Origin: Thecamonas trahens ATCC 50062
Taxonomy: Eukaryota; Protista; Apusomonadida
Length of the DNA stretch: 64,000 nt
Assembly (NCBI RefSeq): GCF_000142905.1
Contig: NW_013657664.1
Coordinates: 338,133-402,132 of the forward strand
Direction: 5' to 3'
Positions 21,574-34,000 of the stretch are shown piece after piece; within the stretch, counting starts at the first letter, position 1; each line of letters starts with the position of its first letter. The notes under the pieces were generated by a model. The model was not told the origin of the DNA. It ran no database searches and was given only the letters and a program-made list of their open reading frames with translations. The position numbers were made by a program, and so were the translations under genes.

Positions 21574-22631
21574 TCAGAGCTCGAGTACCTCGGTCTCGTC
21601 GCGGGTGGTGGTGAGGAGCGGGATGACGGCCTCGACGTCGGCGTAAAAGGCCGGGGTGATGGTCGGGTTGGCTGCCTCGAGGGCAGCGCACTCGGCGGTC
21701 GCCGAGGTAATGCGGCGGATGACACGCGAAGTGCCAAAGGCGTGGAAGAGGCGAGTGTCGTTGACGGCAACAACGACGCCGTCGACACGGATAAACTGGC
21801 GGAGGAGGCAGAAGAAGGCCGAGGGCATGACCCGCAGCTTGGCAACAAGGGTCGACGAGCCGTGGTCAGCCAGCTCGTCCTCAAAGAACATGACCTCGTC
21901 AAAGAAGAGGATAGGCTCGCGCTTGCGGAGCAGGTCGTAGTCGATCGACTTGGCCGGCGGGACCGGCGCCGGGACGGCGACAAAGACGCCCGGCCCGTCG
22001 CCGTCGCCGGGCGTGATGTTGTCGGCGGCGTCATTTTCAGGCACAGGCTGGACCTTGACCTCGACAGGCTTGACCTGCGGCGCGCCCGGAAAAACACCAG
22101 CGCCGGGGAGGTTGGCAGCGTCTCGCTCCCGGTCACAGGCACCTTCAGCTCCTTGGACGGTTCGACAAGCATGCCGGTGGTCCCGCCGTACGCCGTGTTG
22201 TACGTCCAATCAAAGGCATCGACCGAGTCCTGCGCCTTTTCGGTCGACGCGGTCTGCATCCACGTCGCCGACGCCGCCACCATCGGCGGCTGCGCCTGGT
22301 TGTCGACCATGGCGAGGGCATCAAAGGCCTTGAACGTCACAATGGCGCCCGAGGAGTGGACAAACTGGACCCTCGCACCGCCAAAGACCATCTCGGGTAG
22401 CTCCGGTAGACCGAGCGCCTCACGCCATGCCTCGCCTTCATCCGACGTGAGGATCGATGACTTGACCGTCCGGATCTTCCATCCGTCTTTCATCCCCCCG
22501 ATTCGATGGCGTGTGTGAGTGAGGGAGTGGGGGAGGGGAGGGGAGGGGAGCGTACTGATGTCAATGCCCTGGACCTGGAGCACGGTCGAGGCCTCCGGGG
22601 GCTGGACAGGCAGGGAGGTGCGTGCAGCCAT
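21574..22631 (-). CDS. TIPRL: TIP41/TIPRL PP2A regulator
   Basis: LPEMVFG, FDWTYNT.Y.GT, EPILFFDEV.FEDELADHG, LRVM, RVDGV. Introns 22555-22487 (GTACGC..AAG) and 22142-22075 (GTGCCT..CAG) join the two ORF frames. Confidence 0.92.
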
Positions 22632-22781
22632 GGTGAGTGGGGTGAGGTGGGTGGGTGGGTGGGTGGGGTGAGGGTCACAGTGGTGGAGGAAGAGTGGGGA
22701 GGGTGGAAAGGGTTCTGGTAGGGGGCTTTATTTTTTTTTTTTTAGGGGTTGGGGGGGGGGGGGGGTATTTGCTTTTTTTTT

Positions 22782-23039
22782 NNNNNNNNNNNNNNNNNNN
22801 NNNNNNNNNNNNNNNNNNNNNNNNNNNNNNNNNNNNNNNNNNNNNNNNNNNNNNNNNNNNNNNNNNNNNNNNNNNNNNNNNNNNNNNNNNNNNNNNNNNN
22901 NNNNNNNNNNNNNNNNNNNNNNNNNNNNNNNNNNNNNNNNNNNNNNNNNNNNNNNNNNNNNNNNNNNNNNNNNNNNNNNNNNNNNNNNNNNNNNNNNNNN
23001 NNNNNNNNNNNNNNNNNNNNNNNNNNNNNNNNNNNNNNN
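22782..23039. other. assembly gap
   Basis: N run flanked by G/T and C homopolymers. Confidence 0.99.
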
Positions 23040-23130
23040 TCCGCCTCCCCTCCCCTCCCCTCCCTACCTTCCCCTTCCCCTCCCCCTCCCTCCTCCCCGC
23101 CCCCCCCCCCCTTCTCTCTCCCTCGACACC

Positions 23131-23463
23131 ATGGCTGTGGCACCCATCCAGGCGGCTATCACGGCCAAGCTCACCCGCGTCCTCTCGCCGGTCTTCCTCG
23201 ACGTGGTCAACGAGTCGTACAAGCACTCTGTGCCGGCCGACGCAGAGACCCACTTCAAGGTCACTGTTGTGTCGGACGCCTTTGACGGCCTGGCTCTCAT
23301 CGAGCGCCATCGCAAGGTCTACGACGTCCTCGGCGACGAGCTCAAGGCCTCGGTCCATGCCCTCTCCATCAAGGCCAAGACGCCCGCTCAGTGGGAGGCC
23401 GCGGGCAAGTCCATCTCCCACTCGACGCCCAACTGCCTCGGCGGCTCCAAAGCCGATGCCTAA
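23131..23463 (+). CDS. BOLA1: BolA-like protein (BOLA1 type)
   Basis: NESYKH, ETHFKVTVVS, RHRKVY, VHALSIKAKTPAQW, PNCLGG. Confidence 0.93.
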   Translation: MAVAPIQAAITAKLTRVLSPVFLDVVNESYKHSVPADAETHFKVTVVSDAFDGLALIERHRKVYDVLGDELKASVHALSIKAKTPAQWEAAGKSISHSTPNCLGGSKADA

Positions 23464-23523
23464 TGGGGCTAGATGTCGCGTTTATGCTCGCAGACATTTG
23501 TGCGCTGTGGTGAGTGTGGGCGC

Positions 23524-24290
23524 TCAGGCGTCACCTGCGGCGGCGGCAGCCGCAGCCTCCTCGGCGGCGCGCTCGCGGGCCTCGGCAATTTCGCCGCGCA
23601 AGCGGGCCTCCTCGGCGGCGCGCTCGGCGGCAACGAGCGATGACTCGCCGTCGTCAAAGACGTCCATCGAGGGCGCGGCCGACGCGCGCTCGCCGTCGTC
23701 CGAGGCGGCGTCATCGCCGGCGGCATCGGCCGGGTCGGGATCGGCCGCCTTGTTGTACGCCTTGCCGAGGTAACGGAAGGTCGATCCGGCCCAGAACCAG
23801 GCATTGCCGTTGTCCTCAACAATGACGTCGCCCGAGGCGGTGCAGCGGAAGCCGTCGTCCTCGTTCTTGTAGTGGACCCACGGCCAGGTGTCGACGACCT
23901 CGGGCTCGTCCTTCCAGCCGTCCTCAGACGTCACCCTGCACGCCCGCTTAAACGTACACCGCAGCTGGACGACCTTGCAGTACTCCTTGGGCCACTCCGG
24001 CTCGTCCATCAGGCCCTCCATCCAGAACTCCTCGTTGCCGCTGCGCCCACCAGGTGATGAGTATGGCCGCCTGCACCGCCTGCACCGCCCGCACCGTCTG
24101 CACCGTCTGCTCACGCTCCCTCGCGCGCGCATGCGTACCGATAGAAGTGATAGACAACCAGGTTCTGGACAGCATCCCGCGGAGCCGTCGGCGAGTACTT
24201 GTCCGTCTTGAGCCGGCTCTTGCTCGCCTCGGCCTTCTTGCCACGCAGCTCGTCGTTGAGCTTGGCAAACGACGGGGACTGGGTAGCCAT
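23524..24290 (-). CDS. hypothetical protein (two exons)
   Basis: Exon 1 24290-24139 (MATQSP...YHFYR), intron 24138-24071 GTACGC..CAG, exon 2 continues RPYSSPGG...FWMEG with an acidic tail. Confidence 0.7.
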
Positions 24291-24623
24291 GGTGGGTATG
24301 TGGGTATGTCAACTGTAGCGCTGGCCTTTGCACCTGCCGTAAAGTCAAGTCTACCACTATGCCCATCCCCGTCTGCGTCGCCTTGTCCGTGCCTGCCCCC
24401 CCCCCCCCCCCCCCTCCCTCCTCCTTCCCTGTCGCCTTTCCTTGACCAGGCCAAAACCAACTTCCGCCGAATGCGTGCAACAGCCACCACTCCCGTCCGA
24501 GGGTTGCGCCAGCCAAGCCGCCAGGCGCCACCACCGACCGGCGACTCTCCGACTTCCGCAAACCCATTTGCCGACGAGCCACAGCCGGTGCCGCTCGACC
24601 ACCCCTCACCCCTACCCTCACCC

Positions 24624-24671
24624 CCACCACCACCACCACCACCACCACCACCACCACCACCACCACCACCA
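24624..24671 (+). repeat. (CCA)n microsatellite upstream of SNAPC4
   Basis: Direct reading. Confidence 0.9.
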
Positions 24672-24694
24672 CCTCTCCATCCCCTCCCTTCGCT

Positions 24695-24807
24695 ATGGCT
24701 ACAGAGGGCGACGCCGAGCTGCAGGCGCTCATGGCTGTGCTGGCTTCCTCGGGCGCCGCGGCGTCTGCGCCAGCAAGCCCCGCCACGGCATTGACCGCCA
24801 CAGCATC

Positions 24808-24853
<46 letters not shown>

Positions 24854-26854
24854 GCGACTGCAGTCACAGAGCCCAGGGTAGCGGAGACGGCATCAGCTGC
24901 AGGTGGATCGGCTCATGCGCGGCGGGCACGGATCGAAGCTCTGCGGGCGGCACTAGAAGCATCAAAGACATACGAGGCCATCCTCCGCGAGCACGTCTCA
25001 CGGATGGAGCTCGCCCGCTCCCGCAACCTGACCATGACCAAGATCGTGGAGAAGTTGCCCGATGTCATCCGCGGCTCGCTGCCGGTGTCGCTGGACAAGG
25101 CCATTGCCCCACTGCACGCCGGTGGTGCTTCGGTCCATGGCTTTGAGGATAGCCGCGGGAGCAAGCCGCCCAAGAACGCGGATGCTGCCCGCAAGGAGAT
25201 GCTCCGCGGCGTCCGCCCCGACTATGCTGTCGCCGCAAAGTGGAAGCCGACCGAGGAGCGCGAGCTTCGCGCCGCCATCCGGCAGCATCTCCGCCGCGCC
25301 CTCTCCTCGGCCCTCTTTGACCGCTACGAAGAGCAGATCACCCGCAACGAGCCCGAGGCCCTCGCCGCCGTCACCTCGCAGCTCGAGGACATTGGCGTTA
25401 TGTCCGACAACGAGCTCCTCTCCCGTGCAGGCTCTATCAACTGGGCCGACGTCCACATGGACCATCTTCCTGGCCGCACTGTCGCTGCCGCAGAAATCTA
25501 CTGGACCAACGTTCTCCACCCTCACATCAACTCGTCTGCAAAGTTCTCCCGCCGCGACGACGAGCTCATTCTCGAGCTCGTTGGCCAGCACACAGATCGC
25601 AACTGGGAGCTCGTTACTCGCCTCTTCAATGAGCGCTCGACGTCACCCGGCATTCGCAAGCCGTGGCAGCTCCTCACCCGCTACCAGAGCGCGCTATCGG
25701 CCTCGCACACCCGTGCCCAATGGTCGCCCGAGGAAGATGCCGCCCTCCAGGCCGCCATCGCCCGCTTCGGCACCCGTAACTGGAACCGTGTTGCCACCGC
25801 AGTCCTGCAGCGCAACGGCCAGCAGTGCCTCCACCGCTACCACAAAGTTCTCGCCGCTGCAAACCTCAAGGGTCGCTGGTCCATCGAAGAGGACATCATG
25901 CTCTCCATCGGCGTCAAGGTCTACGGCGCCGGAAACTGGTTCAAGATCCAGTCGCTTGTTCCCTTTCGCACCGACGTCCAAGTCCGCGAGCGCTGGGCAA
26001 ACTGTCTCGACCCGGCCATCCTCTACTCAGACTGGACACCCGACGAGGACCGTCGCCTCCTCTCCGCAATGCACGACGTGCCCGATGGTCACGCTGTGCC
26101 GTGGGCGAAGATTGCTGCCGGCTTTCCCGGCCGCACTGACAACCACGTCGTCCGCCGATTCCTCAAGCTCACCAACCAGACCGTGCGCTCCAAAAAGGCC
26201 ATCGTCGTGAACAAACCCGCCATCGCCGCCTTGCTACGCGCTTTGGCCTCATCCTCCGCCTCGTCGCCGTCGCCGACTGCTTCTTCCGTCTCCTGCCCCT
26301 CACTCACCGCCTCGGCCTCCTTTGCCAAGTTCCCTGCCGCGCCCGTCACTGCTGACGAGCTGCACCAGGTTCTTCGCTCCTTTGCGCTTGTCCCCTTCCC
26401 ACGGGCCACGCCACATCTCGACATCCCCACCTCGCTCCATGCCCTCCCGCCCAACCTCGCCAACCTTGATGCCCTGTACAAGCTTTGTTACGCGGTTGCC
26501 GACACCGTCCCCGACCCAGAGCTCGAGGACGAGTTTGACATCGATCCACCGCCAGCTTCTGCCCTTCCCTCGCCAGACTCGATCTGGGAAGACGACACTC
26601 GCCTCCAGCTCTTGCGCGCTTGGTTTCTTGCTCTCTTCGCCGCTCCATTTACCAATGCCGCCGCGCTTGCGCGCACCGATTCGGCCGCAACGCACGTCCA
26701 GTCCCCACAGCAGTCGTCTCCGCTCGCGCGCAGCCGTCGTCGTCGCCGCAGATCGCCGTCGCCGCCGCGCTCAACGCACGCGACGCACGCGACGAGCGAG
26801 CCATCCAGCGAATCCGCGCGCTCGGGGCGTGCCAAGCGCCAAAAGCGGGCATAG
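24695..26854 (+). CDS. SNAPC4: snRNA-activating protein complex subunit 4 (SNAP190)-like Myb-repeat protein
   Basis: About 4.5 Myb repeats (WSPEEDAAL, RNGQQCLHRY, KGRWSIEED, RTDVQVRERW.NCLDP, WTPDEDRRL); poly-Thr from (ACA)n at about 24808-24852; basic C-terminal NLS. Confidence 0.85.
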
Positions 26855-26875
26855 CTGCTCCTCGTAAAGCACACG

Positions 26876-29800
26876 CTACTTGCGGTGCAGGCCGCGGTGC
26901 TTGACCTTGATAGCGGGCTTGGCCTTTCCCTTGCACTTGCCTTGGACCTTGACCTCGCCATTGTCATTGGCCCCGCCATCACCGCCACTTGCCACCGGCA
27001 CATGCACTAGCGGCAAATGCGGGAGCGCGCCAAGTGTCTCGCGCAGTGACGTCAAGAGCTGTGCCACAGGCAACGAGCCAGGCAGTGCCGGGGAATCGGC
27101 ATGGAGCGTGTGTGGGAGCCGGGTCACTGCGTTGCTAACTGCATCTACAACGTCGATCATGTGGACGACAGCAGCGGAGACCGCGATCGCGTCCTCGGCC
27201 TTGAGGAATAGCGGCGTGGTCGGAATGAGGAACGGCGCCCAGACCTCGCGCAGCGAGGCCTTGACTGACGGTAGCGTCCGGGCGTTGAACGCGTAGTCGA
27301 CGATGGAGAGGTTCGACGACAAATGCGTGCAGCTCGCGTCGAGTGTGAGGAGCAGGACCCAGCGAAAGGTAAAGAAGTGGCCCGGCTCCAGCGAGAACGA
27401 CTCTTGGCCTTTGTGGAGCGAGATCTCGATCTCATTGGCCTGCAACTGGATATGGACGCCAAAACCCTGTGCACCGCGACCGTCCTTATACGGATGGCGC
27501 GCAAAGACTGCAGACCGCAGCTTCATCATTGCCGGGAAAAGCATCGACTGCGAGAGGCAACGCAGGACTCGTAGCGTCCGCGAACCAGACACCGCTGGCT
27601 GTCGCAACCACTTCCGCAGCTCCTCGCTCACATCCGACTCGTTGGTAGTGGCAGGCACGCACGCGTCGTACGCCCCGAGAATTGCAGCAGAGACGCTTGC
27701 CGATGCCTCCACCCGAGTCGACAGTACCTCCACCACCAACCGCACGCCCGCCGCGTTGCAATCTCGCGCGCTGCCTTTCTGCGGGTACGCGTACAAGTGC
27801 TTGCCGTCGGCATCGACAATCGCCAGTGATCGGAGCGTGTAGAGCAGGTCGCGATGGAGCGGGACCTTGTCCAGTGGTTGGCTCCACACCTGCCGCACAA
27901 AGTAGTCCATGTCAAGGAAGGGGAACATGGCGTCAAGGACTTCGCGCTGGACATTCGGTCGGGTCGCAGCTCCCCACGAGTGGTCGGTGATCTTGAGCTC
28001 CGGAAAGAGCTGGGTGACGTGCGCATCGAACGAGAGCTTGAGTCGCCACTCAAATTCAAACGCCGCGCCTGGGTCCGCGTCGTGGGACTGCTCGCGCCGG
28101 ACGTGCTCAACCGTCACGTGCTTGTCCTCCACAGCCACGGTAATGGCCCACATGCCACGGACGTCCTTGTAGGGGAACCGCTCGTAGAACGACGACCGTA
28201 GCGTCTTGACGCTCGGCATGATGATGTCCTGGGATAGCGTCTTGAGCACCCGCGCCACGGCCGAATCCTCGTTAAAGTATCGGGAAATGAGGTAAGCCCG
28301 TGTTGCGTCGCCGAGTGAACCGTCAGACGTGAGAAATGCCGGCGCGTGGAGGCAGACCGCGCGCGCCGTGTTGGCATCGTCTATGGCGTGCGCCACAGCA
28401 ACCATCAGCTCAACCACGGCTGCCCCGTCGTCGGCCATGCTCGAAACTGCATCACGCACGCCGGCCGCGGGGCTTCCAGTCAGCTTACCATCAGCGTAGA
28501 GCACTGTTCCATCCCGCGCAAGGACTGTCACCGCTTTGGCCAGCCGCGGAATGTCGTGGCCAACAAGCGAGTCAGCAAAAGGTCGCCGCCAGATCCACTC
28601 GTACTTGTCCTTCTCGCACACAAACTCCGAGAGCGTGTCGACCAGAGCCGCACCTCGATACTTGGGCATGCCTGGGGCGGTCTGATGCGAGAGCACTCGC
28701 AGATCAACTCGCAGCGGCGTGTGCGTCCGCCCGGCCTCCACGTCGAATGCCAGCTCTACCTGCCAGACAAATGAGAACGCCTCGGCCGGGTCCTGTGAGA
28801 GCGAGACTGCCTGTCGGGTGTGGACAACATCGACCCGCGACTCGGAGAGCGTGATGACCACGGCAGGTCGCGCGCCCGAGTACGGCTCGGATGCAAACGG
28901 AAACTCTTCAAAGATCCCGCGTCGGAGCGCAGCATAGGCTGGAAACAGCAGATCTTCCGCCAAACATTTGAACGTTAACGAGAGCGGTTCAGTCTCGGCT
29001 AACGTGCCCGAGTGAAGAAAGGCCCGAAAGCCGCGCTGCTCCTCGCCCATCGGCACCGCCGCCATGTACTCGGCAAAGGTGGCATCGAGCGCGGCAATCC
29101 GCGGCGGTGGGAGGAACGCGCGCGCAAGCGCCATGACCAGTTCGGTGATCCCGGTCCGGATTTGGGCGTGAGACGGGTTGATTCCAACATCATGAGCAGC
29201 AGCAAACAACGTTCCGCCGTGCTCGTCGTTGACCGTCAGCATAGAGGTGTAGAGGCTTAGATTAGTCTCAAGCCACAGCTCTGACATCGGGTGAAGAAAC
29301 ACGTGGTTGACCTGCTGGCTCAGCGAGGCGTCGAGCGGCGAGAGCGCAAAACTCGGCATTCGCGACAGCTCGCCGTCGGTTGACGAGACCAGCGACGAGA
29401 CGGATGCTTCTGACAGGAGCGCGAACGTGTCCGAGGCGGTAACCCGGTCAGGATCAGAGGCTCTGCTAGCGGAAAAGTCAAACGACATCGACGGCCCCAT
29501 TTGGGCCGCCAGATGCGCCCCACGCCGTGTGCGCTCGATCCGAACATGGAGTCTTCCAGCGGCAACGCCGGTCCGCGACTTGAGCTCGTGCCACTCGTCG
29601 AGGAACGCATGCGCGAGCGGGATGGCCTCAAGATTAATGTCCACCAGCCCGATAAAGTCGTCTGACGAGAGCAGGTCGCGGTCCCAGACCTCAACGATCG
29701 CAAACGACTGCTCCGGTTCGAGCGGCACGAACCGTAGGTCCCATCGTGGCGCGAGCGTGTGCTTGTCGGTGAAACCCTGCGCTACCTCGCCCGACGACCA

Positions 29801-30883
29801 AATTATCTTGGCGTATGGATCGGCGCCATGGAACCGGTCTGACGACGGCAAGCCGGTCGCCTCGATGACAGTGATCGCCACTGACGTTCCGCCGCTATCG
29901 CCCGCATCCAGTGGGGGTAGCTCGCACGACGCCGTTGCCACAGGATCGGTGGCCGAGCTGCCAACAGAGAAGCCAGTCTTGCGGACACCCACAAACTCGA
30001 GCTCATAGTACAGCTCGCACAGCGCAGAGTTCTCGTAGCCGGGACGGGTGTCGGCCACAGGCATCCACCGCCCACAACTCACGCCGGCGGGCAGAGCCTG
30101 CCAGGCGGCAAGACTGTTGCTAGCTGCCGACTGCAAACTGGCACCAGCCCTGGGTCGGCCCGGCGGCGGCGGCGGCACAGGTGCTGTCGGCTCGTCCGCA
30201 GCATGAGCGCCTCCGTGGCCGGCGGCCTGCTCGAGCTTGATGCGGGCGACCTCGTCCGAGATACGCTCTTTCATGATGCGGTACTTTTGATAGAGCGGGG
30301 CGATGGCGTCTGCAGAGGCAGCTGTGGCTTTGAGCTTGCGTATCTGGGCCTTGAGCTTGACTTTCTTGGACAACAGCTTGCGGAGGTGCGAGGTGTCGAC
30401 CGGCAACGGCGGTATCGGCGCAGTGGCAGGACCATCAGCCTCGGACTCGCTGGCATCGGACGCATCGGGAGGTGGGAGTGGAGGTAACGGCATATCGGGC
30501 GCTGTGCTTGGTGCTTGTGCCTGGAGCAGCGGAAGCAGCGCAATGTGGGCCTGGCCGAGTAGCTTGTTCTTCCAAAGCCGATGATGATCGTAGACAGCAA
30601 GGGTGAGTGCGTCTGCGCCCGGCTCTTCAGCGGCCGAGTCTGCATCGTCAACCAGCGGAACCGTGATGGTGAACGCCGCGTTCCACACCGGTGCTGTAGT
30701 CGAATGGATGTGGTGCGTCTTGCCCACTTCCCGTCCTGCGCCACCCAACAGCAGCGCCACAAACGGGACCGGAAGCGATGACGCCGCCACCGCGTCGGCC
30801 GAGTGTCTCTCTGCTCCCCGTGGGCGGTGCAGGAGAGCAAACCGACGAGCCCTTTGGATGCGGACGGTGACCACAGCCTCCAT
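26876..30883 (-). CDS. two-C2-domain protein with three C-terminal repeated domains
   Basis: C2 motifs (APVWNAAF..VYDHH; DPYAKI..VWDRDLLSSDDFIG); three repeats F.(F/H)P(Y/F)KD..HxRxEQS..F.F.W.L.L.FD. ATG at 30883. Confidence 0.8.
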   Translation of the reverse strand: MEAVVTVRIQRARRFALLHRPRGAERHSADAVAASSLPVPFVALLLGGAGREVGKTHHIHSTTAPVWNAAFTITVPLVDDADSAAEEPGADALTLAVYDHHRLWKNKLLGQAHIALLPLLQAQAPSTAPDMPLPPLPPPDASDASESEADGPATAPIPPLPVDTSHLRKLLSKKVKLKAQIRKLKATAASADAIAPLYQKYRIMKERISDEVARIKLEQAAGHGGAHAADEPTAPVPPPPPGRPRAGASLQSAASNSLAAWQALPAGVSCGRWMPVADTRPGYENSALCELYYELEFVGVRKTGFSVGSSATDPVATASCELPPLDAGDSGGTSVAITVIEATGLPSSDRFHGADPYAKIIWSSGEVAQGFTDKHTLAPRWDLRFVPLEPEQSFAIVEVWDRDLLSSDDFIGLVDINLEAIPLAHAFLDEWHELKSRTGVAAGRLHVRIERTRRGAHLAAQMGPSMSFDFSASRASDPDRVTASDTFALLSEASVSSLVSSTDGELSRMPSFALSPLDASLSQQVNHVFLHPMSELWLETNLSLYTSMLTVNDEHGGTLFAAAHDVGINPSHAQIRTGITELVMALARAFLPPPRIAALDATFAEYMAAVPMGEEQRGFRAFLHSGTLAETEPLSLTFKCLAEDLLFPAYAALRRGIFEEFPFASEPYSGARPAVVITLSESRVDVVHTRQAVSLSQDPAEAFSFVWQVELAFDVEAGRTHTPLRVDLRVLSHQTAPGMPKYRGAALVDTLSEFVCEKDKYEWIWRRPFADSLVGHDIPRLAKAVTVLARDGTVLYADGKLTGSPAAGVRDAVSSMADDGAAVVELMVAVAHAIDDANTARAVCLHAPAFLTSDGSLGDATRAYLISRYFNEDSAVARVLKTLSQDIIMPSVKTLRSSFYERFPYKDVRGMWAITVAVEDKHVTVEHVRREQSHDADPGAAFEFEWRLKLSFDAHVTQLFPELKITDHSWGAATRPNVQREVLDAMFPFLDMDYFVRQVWSQPLDKVPLHRDLLYTLRSLAIVDADGKHLYAYPQKGSARDCNAAGVRLVVEVLSTRVEASASVSAAILGAYDACVPATTNESDVSEELRKWLRQPAVSGSRTLRVLRCLSQSMLFPAMMKLRSAVFARHPYKDGRGAQGFGVHIQLQANEIEISLHKGQESFSLEPGHFFTFRWVLLLTLDASCTHLSSNLSIVDYAFNARTLPSVKASLREVWAPFLIPTTPLFLKAEDAIAVSAAVVHMIDVVDAVSNAVTRLPHTLHADSPALPGSLPVAQLLTSLRETLGALPHLPLVHVPVASGGDGGANDNGEVKVQGKCKGKAKPAIKVKHRGLHRK

Positions 30884-31096
30884 GGCAAGGGACGAGGGGG
30901 AGGGGGAGGGGGGGTGGAGGGAGGAGCACCCGCTGGGAGGGGGCTGGTCAGGCCGAGTGGGCGAACAGGAGAGGTGGCGGCAACCGGTGAGCGGAGGAGT
31001 GTGGGAGGAGACGAGCTCGTTCCCCGACGTAGATGACAGGCCACGCAACACACCACTTTGCAAGCATACACACTTGGTGCGTGTGAGAGCGTGAGG

Positions 31097-34000
31097 ATGG
31101 CGGACAAGGTGCCGGACTCGCTCAACCGCTCGCTCTCCCACCTGGATGCCCTGACCAGGGCTCGGAGCAAGTCGCCCAACCGCCCGTCCGGCTCGCGCCA
31201 CCTGGTCCGCACCGCCACCCGCAACCGCCGCCTGGTTGATCTGGGTGGGGAAGGCATGCAACGGGCGGGCTCGATGGCCGGGACACTGCAGCAGAACATG
31301 CAACTGTCCATGGGAAACGTGATGGACAGCGCACCGTCAGAGCCGATGCTGGACGAACCGAGGACGCCGAGGACGCCGCGGACACCTGGGCGCCGACGGA
31401 GTGGGGGCCGGCGGGAAAAGCCCACATCGGTCTCGCCCAAGCAGGCGCGCAGGGGTAGCGGAAGACGCAAGCGACGCGAGTCGCTCTCGCAAGAAACGGG
31501 AATTGCCTCGTTTACCTCGCTCCGTCTCAGCAAGGCCAATGCCGAGAACAGCCGCTCGATCTCGCTCAACTCGCCGATGACGCCAGTCAGTTTTCCGCTC
31601 GGCGCGTCAGCGGGGCGGCTTGACGGCGCGGCGTACCGTCGAGCAGTGACGGCACTGGCAGCCATGGGCGACACTGCACACATCACCCATGCATCGATGC
31701 TGGATGCGTGCGACGAGGTCGTTACAGCAACCGCTGGCCTGGAGACGACGCTGCACGAGTTTGGCCGGCTGAAGGACTTGTTTGTCGGCTCTGATCTCCC
31801 GCTAGCACTGCAGCTCAACGCTACGCTTGCAGTCTCCAAGGTTTTCCGTGCCAAGTCGGAGCTGTACGAGCCGATCTTTAAGCTCATCGACATGATGCGC
31901 GCCATTTCCAAGCCGTGGCAGGCGCGCGAGGACTCGCTCAACGTTATCCGCTCCAAGCTCACCACCAAGAACTCAGAGCTTGTACAAGCGTATGCCGAGT
32001 TGGAGCACCGGCAGGATGAGCTGAAAGCGATCAAGGCCAAGCTGAACCAGTCACGATGGGCGGCGTTTGCACAGGCGCTTCTCAACAAGCAGGTGGCGAT
32101 GACCAAGTTCTCGGCGTTTGAGGCTACTGTCTCCTCGCTGCGTGCCTCCCTCGAGAAGGCGCGACGCAAGGTGAGCAGCTCGGCATCGACTCAGCGGCAA
32201 GCCACTGCGGCGGCGCTGGTCGAGCGGCTGGCCCGGCAGCGGTCAAGCTCGCTGACACTCTCGTCGAGCCAGATCCAGATCAACACACGGGCAGCTGTTG
32301 CGTCAGCTGCGATTCACGCCCGAGGTGCACAGCTCCCGCCGACCACCGTCATCGCTTCGCCGACGCATGTCGACTCGGCGTCGACCGGTGGCACTGCGCG
32401 GACCCACTCACGCTCGCGCGCCGCATCACGCTCGCGCTCACGAGCTCGGTCGCGCTCGCGCACTGCATCACGAGCAAGCTCGCGACCTCGCTCGCGCTCA
32501 CAAGCTCGGTCGCGTTCGCGAACACGCTCGCGCCGCTCGTCGATCTCGCACTCGGAAACGCTCCTAGACACGAGCTCGGTCCAGGCGTCGACCAAGATGA
32601 CCAGCCAGCTGGCCAAGGACCTCATCCGCATGGAGCAGGCGCTACGGGCCGCGTCGCGTGAGTCGCAGCGGACGCTACAATCGCAGCGGGCATCAGACTC
32701 TATCGTCTCTGACTCTGGCCTGCAGAACCATGACGACGACCCCCGGTTCTCCCTCTCTCGTGGAGCGGCGACGTCCAAGTCAGCGCTAGACGTCACCGCT
32801 TTGCGCAAGACAGGCTTGAGCGGAGTTGTGTCGCAAGTGATGCTGCCGTCACTCTCCTCACCGCCGGTACCGGAGGTATTTGTCTCGCGAATGGACTCGC
32901 TGGCTTCGGTGGCGTCTGAGGTCCACCACGCCGCGGCAGACAACTCGATGAATACCTCGATCTCCGAGCTGGTCAGAACTGCGCCGGCTGACGGTACCTT
33001 TGCAGCTGGCAGTCCGATGGGGGCTAGGTCTGCCTCGCAGACAAACGAGGAGCGCAGATCGCACGACGACACTGGCATCGAGCGGCGCACCGCATCCGGT
33101 CGGAGGGTCCGGGTTCGGATCCAGCGGGCCAACACCTCGGCTGCGGTGCTTGACTTGGGTCACGGACACGAGCCGCAGCCGCCGCCTGCAGCGCATCGGC
33201 GGCGGGGCGCCAGAAGCCCAAGCCGCGGCGGAAAGAGGCGTCGCCGATCGTCGGTAGATGCCGCACGTGAGTTGGCTTCGTCACGAGTTCACACCGGTAA
33301 CGTTCTTGAAGTCCTTGGCTTTGAGCCGGCAGCGGGCGATATTGACGACGCCATCAACAAGATCCGTGTTGACGCGGCAACCATGGCCCACTCCAAGTCG
33401 ACCGAGAACGTCGGTCTCGCCCCATCAACATCGCCAACGCCCGGTTCACGGGTCCGGCCGAGCTCGGCGACTCGCCTTGACGCCAAAGAGCTGGGTCTCA
33501 AGCAAGCTGACGAGGAGCACGATGCGGTTCTTGTAGCGCTGCGAAAGAAGAAGGATGCATTGGAGAGCACAACGTCGCAGAGCGGGTCAAGATCGCCGGT
33601 GCGCTCCAATTCGCGCTCGCGGCCACGACGCGCATCGCGGACTTCACTCTCGCCGAACCCGCTACCGGCACCGCCGCAGCATGGCAAGCCGCGGCTCGCC
33701 CAGCCAGTCAATACCATGGTCGAGAGGCCGTTGTCGAGCAGCACCAAGCGGCGTCGGTCGATCTCGGTGTCGAATCCGTCATCGCGGGCTTCGTCTCCTG
33801 AGAGATCAACTTCGAACACACCAACTAACTCATGTGGTGCCGGCGTCGACGAGTCGAGCTCTGACACTAGCATTCCAAGCCAGCGGGCGCTCGAGTCCGA
33901 GCACAGCTCGAACTCGAGCTCGGTGTCATCCAGCTCAAGTACCAGCTCGACCTCGCGGTCCAGCTCGGACGACTCGTCTCGGCACTCGTCGCTCGGGAAC

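Noticed and set aside
22075-22142. Apparent frameshift in TIP41
   Set aside because: Explained by a 68-nt GT-AG intron.
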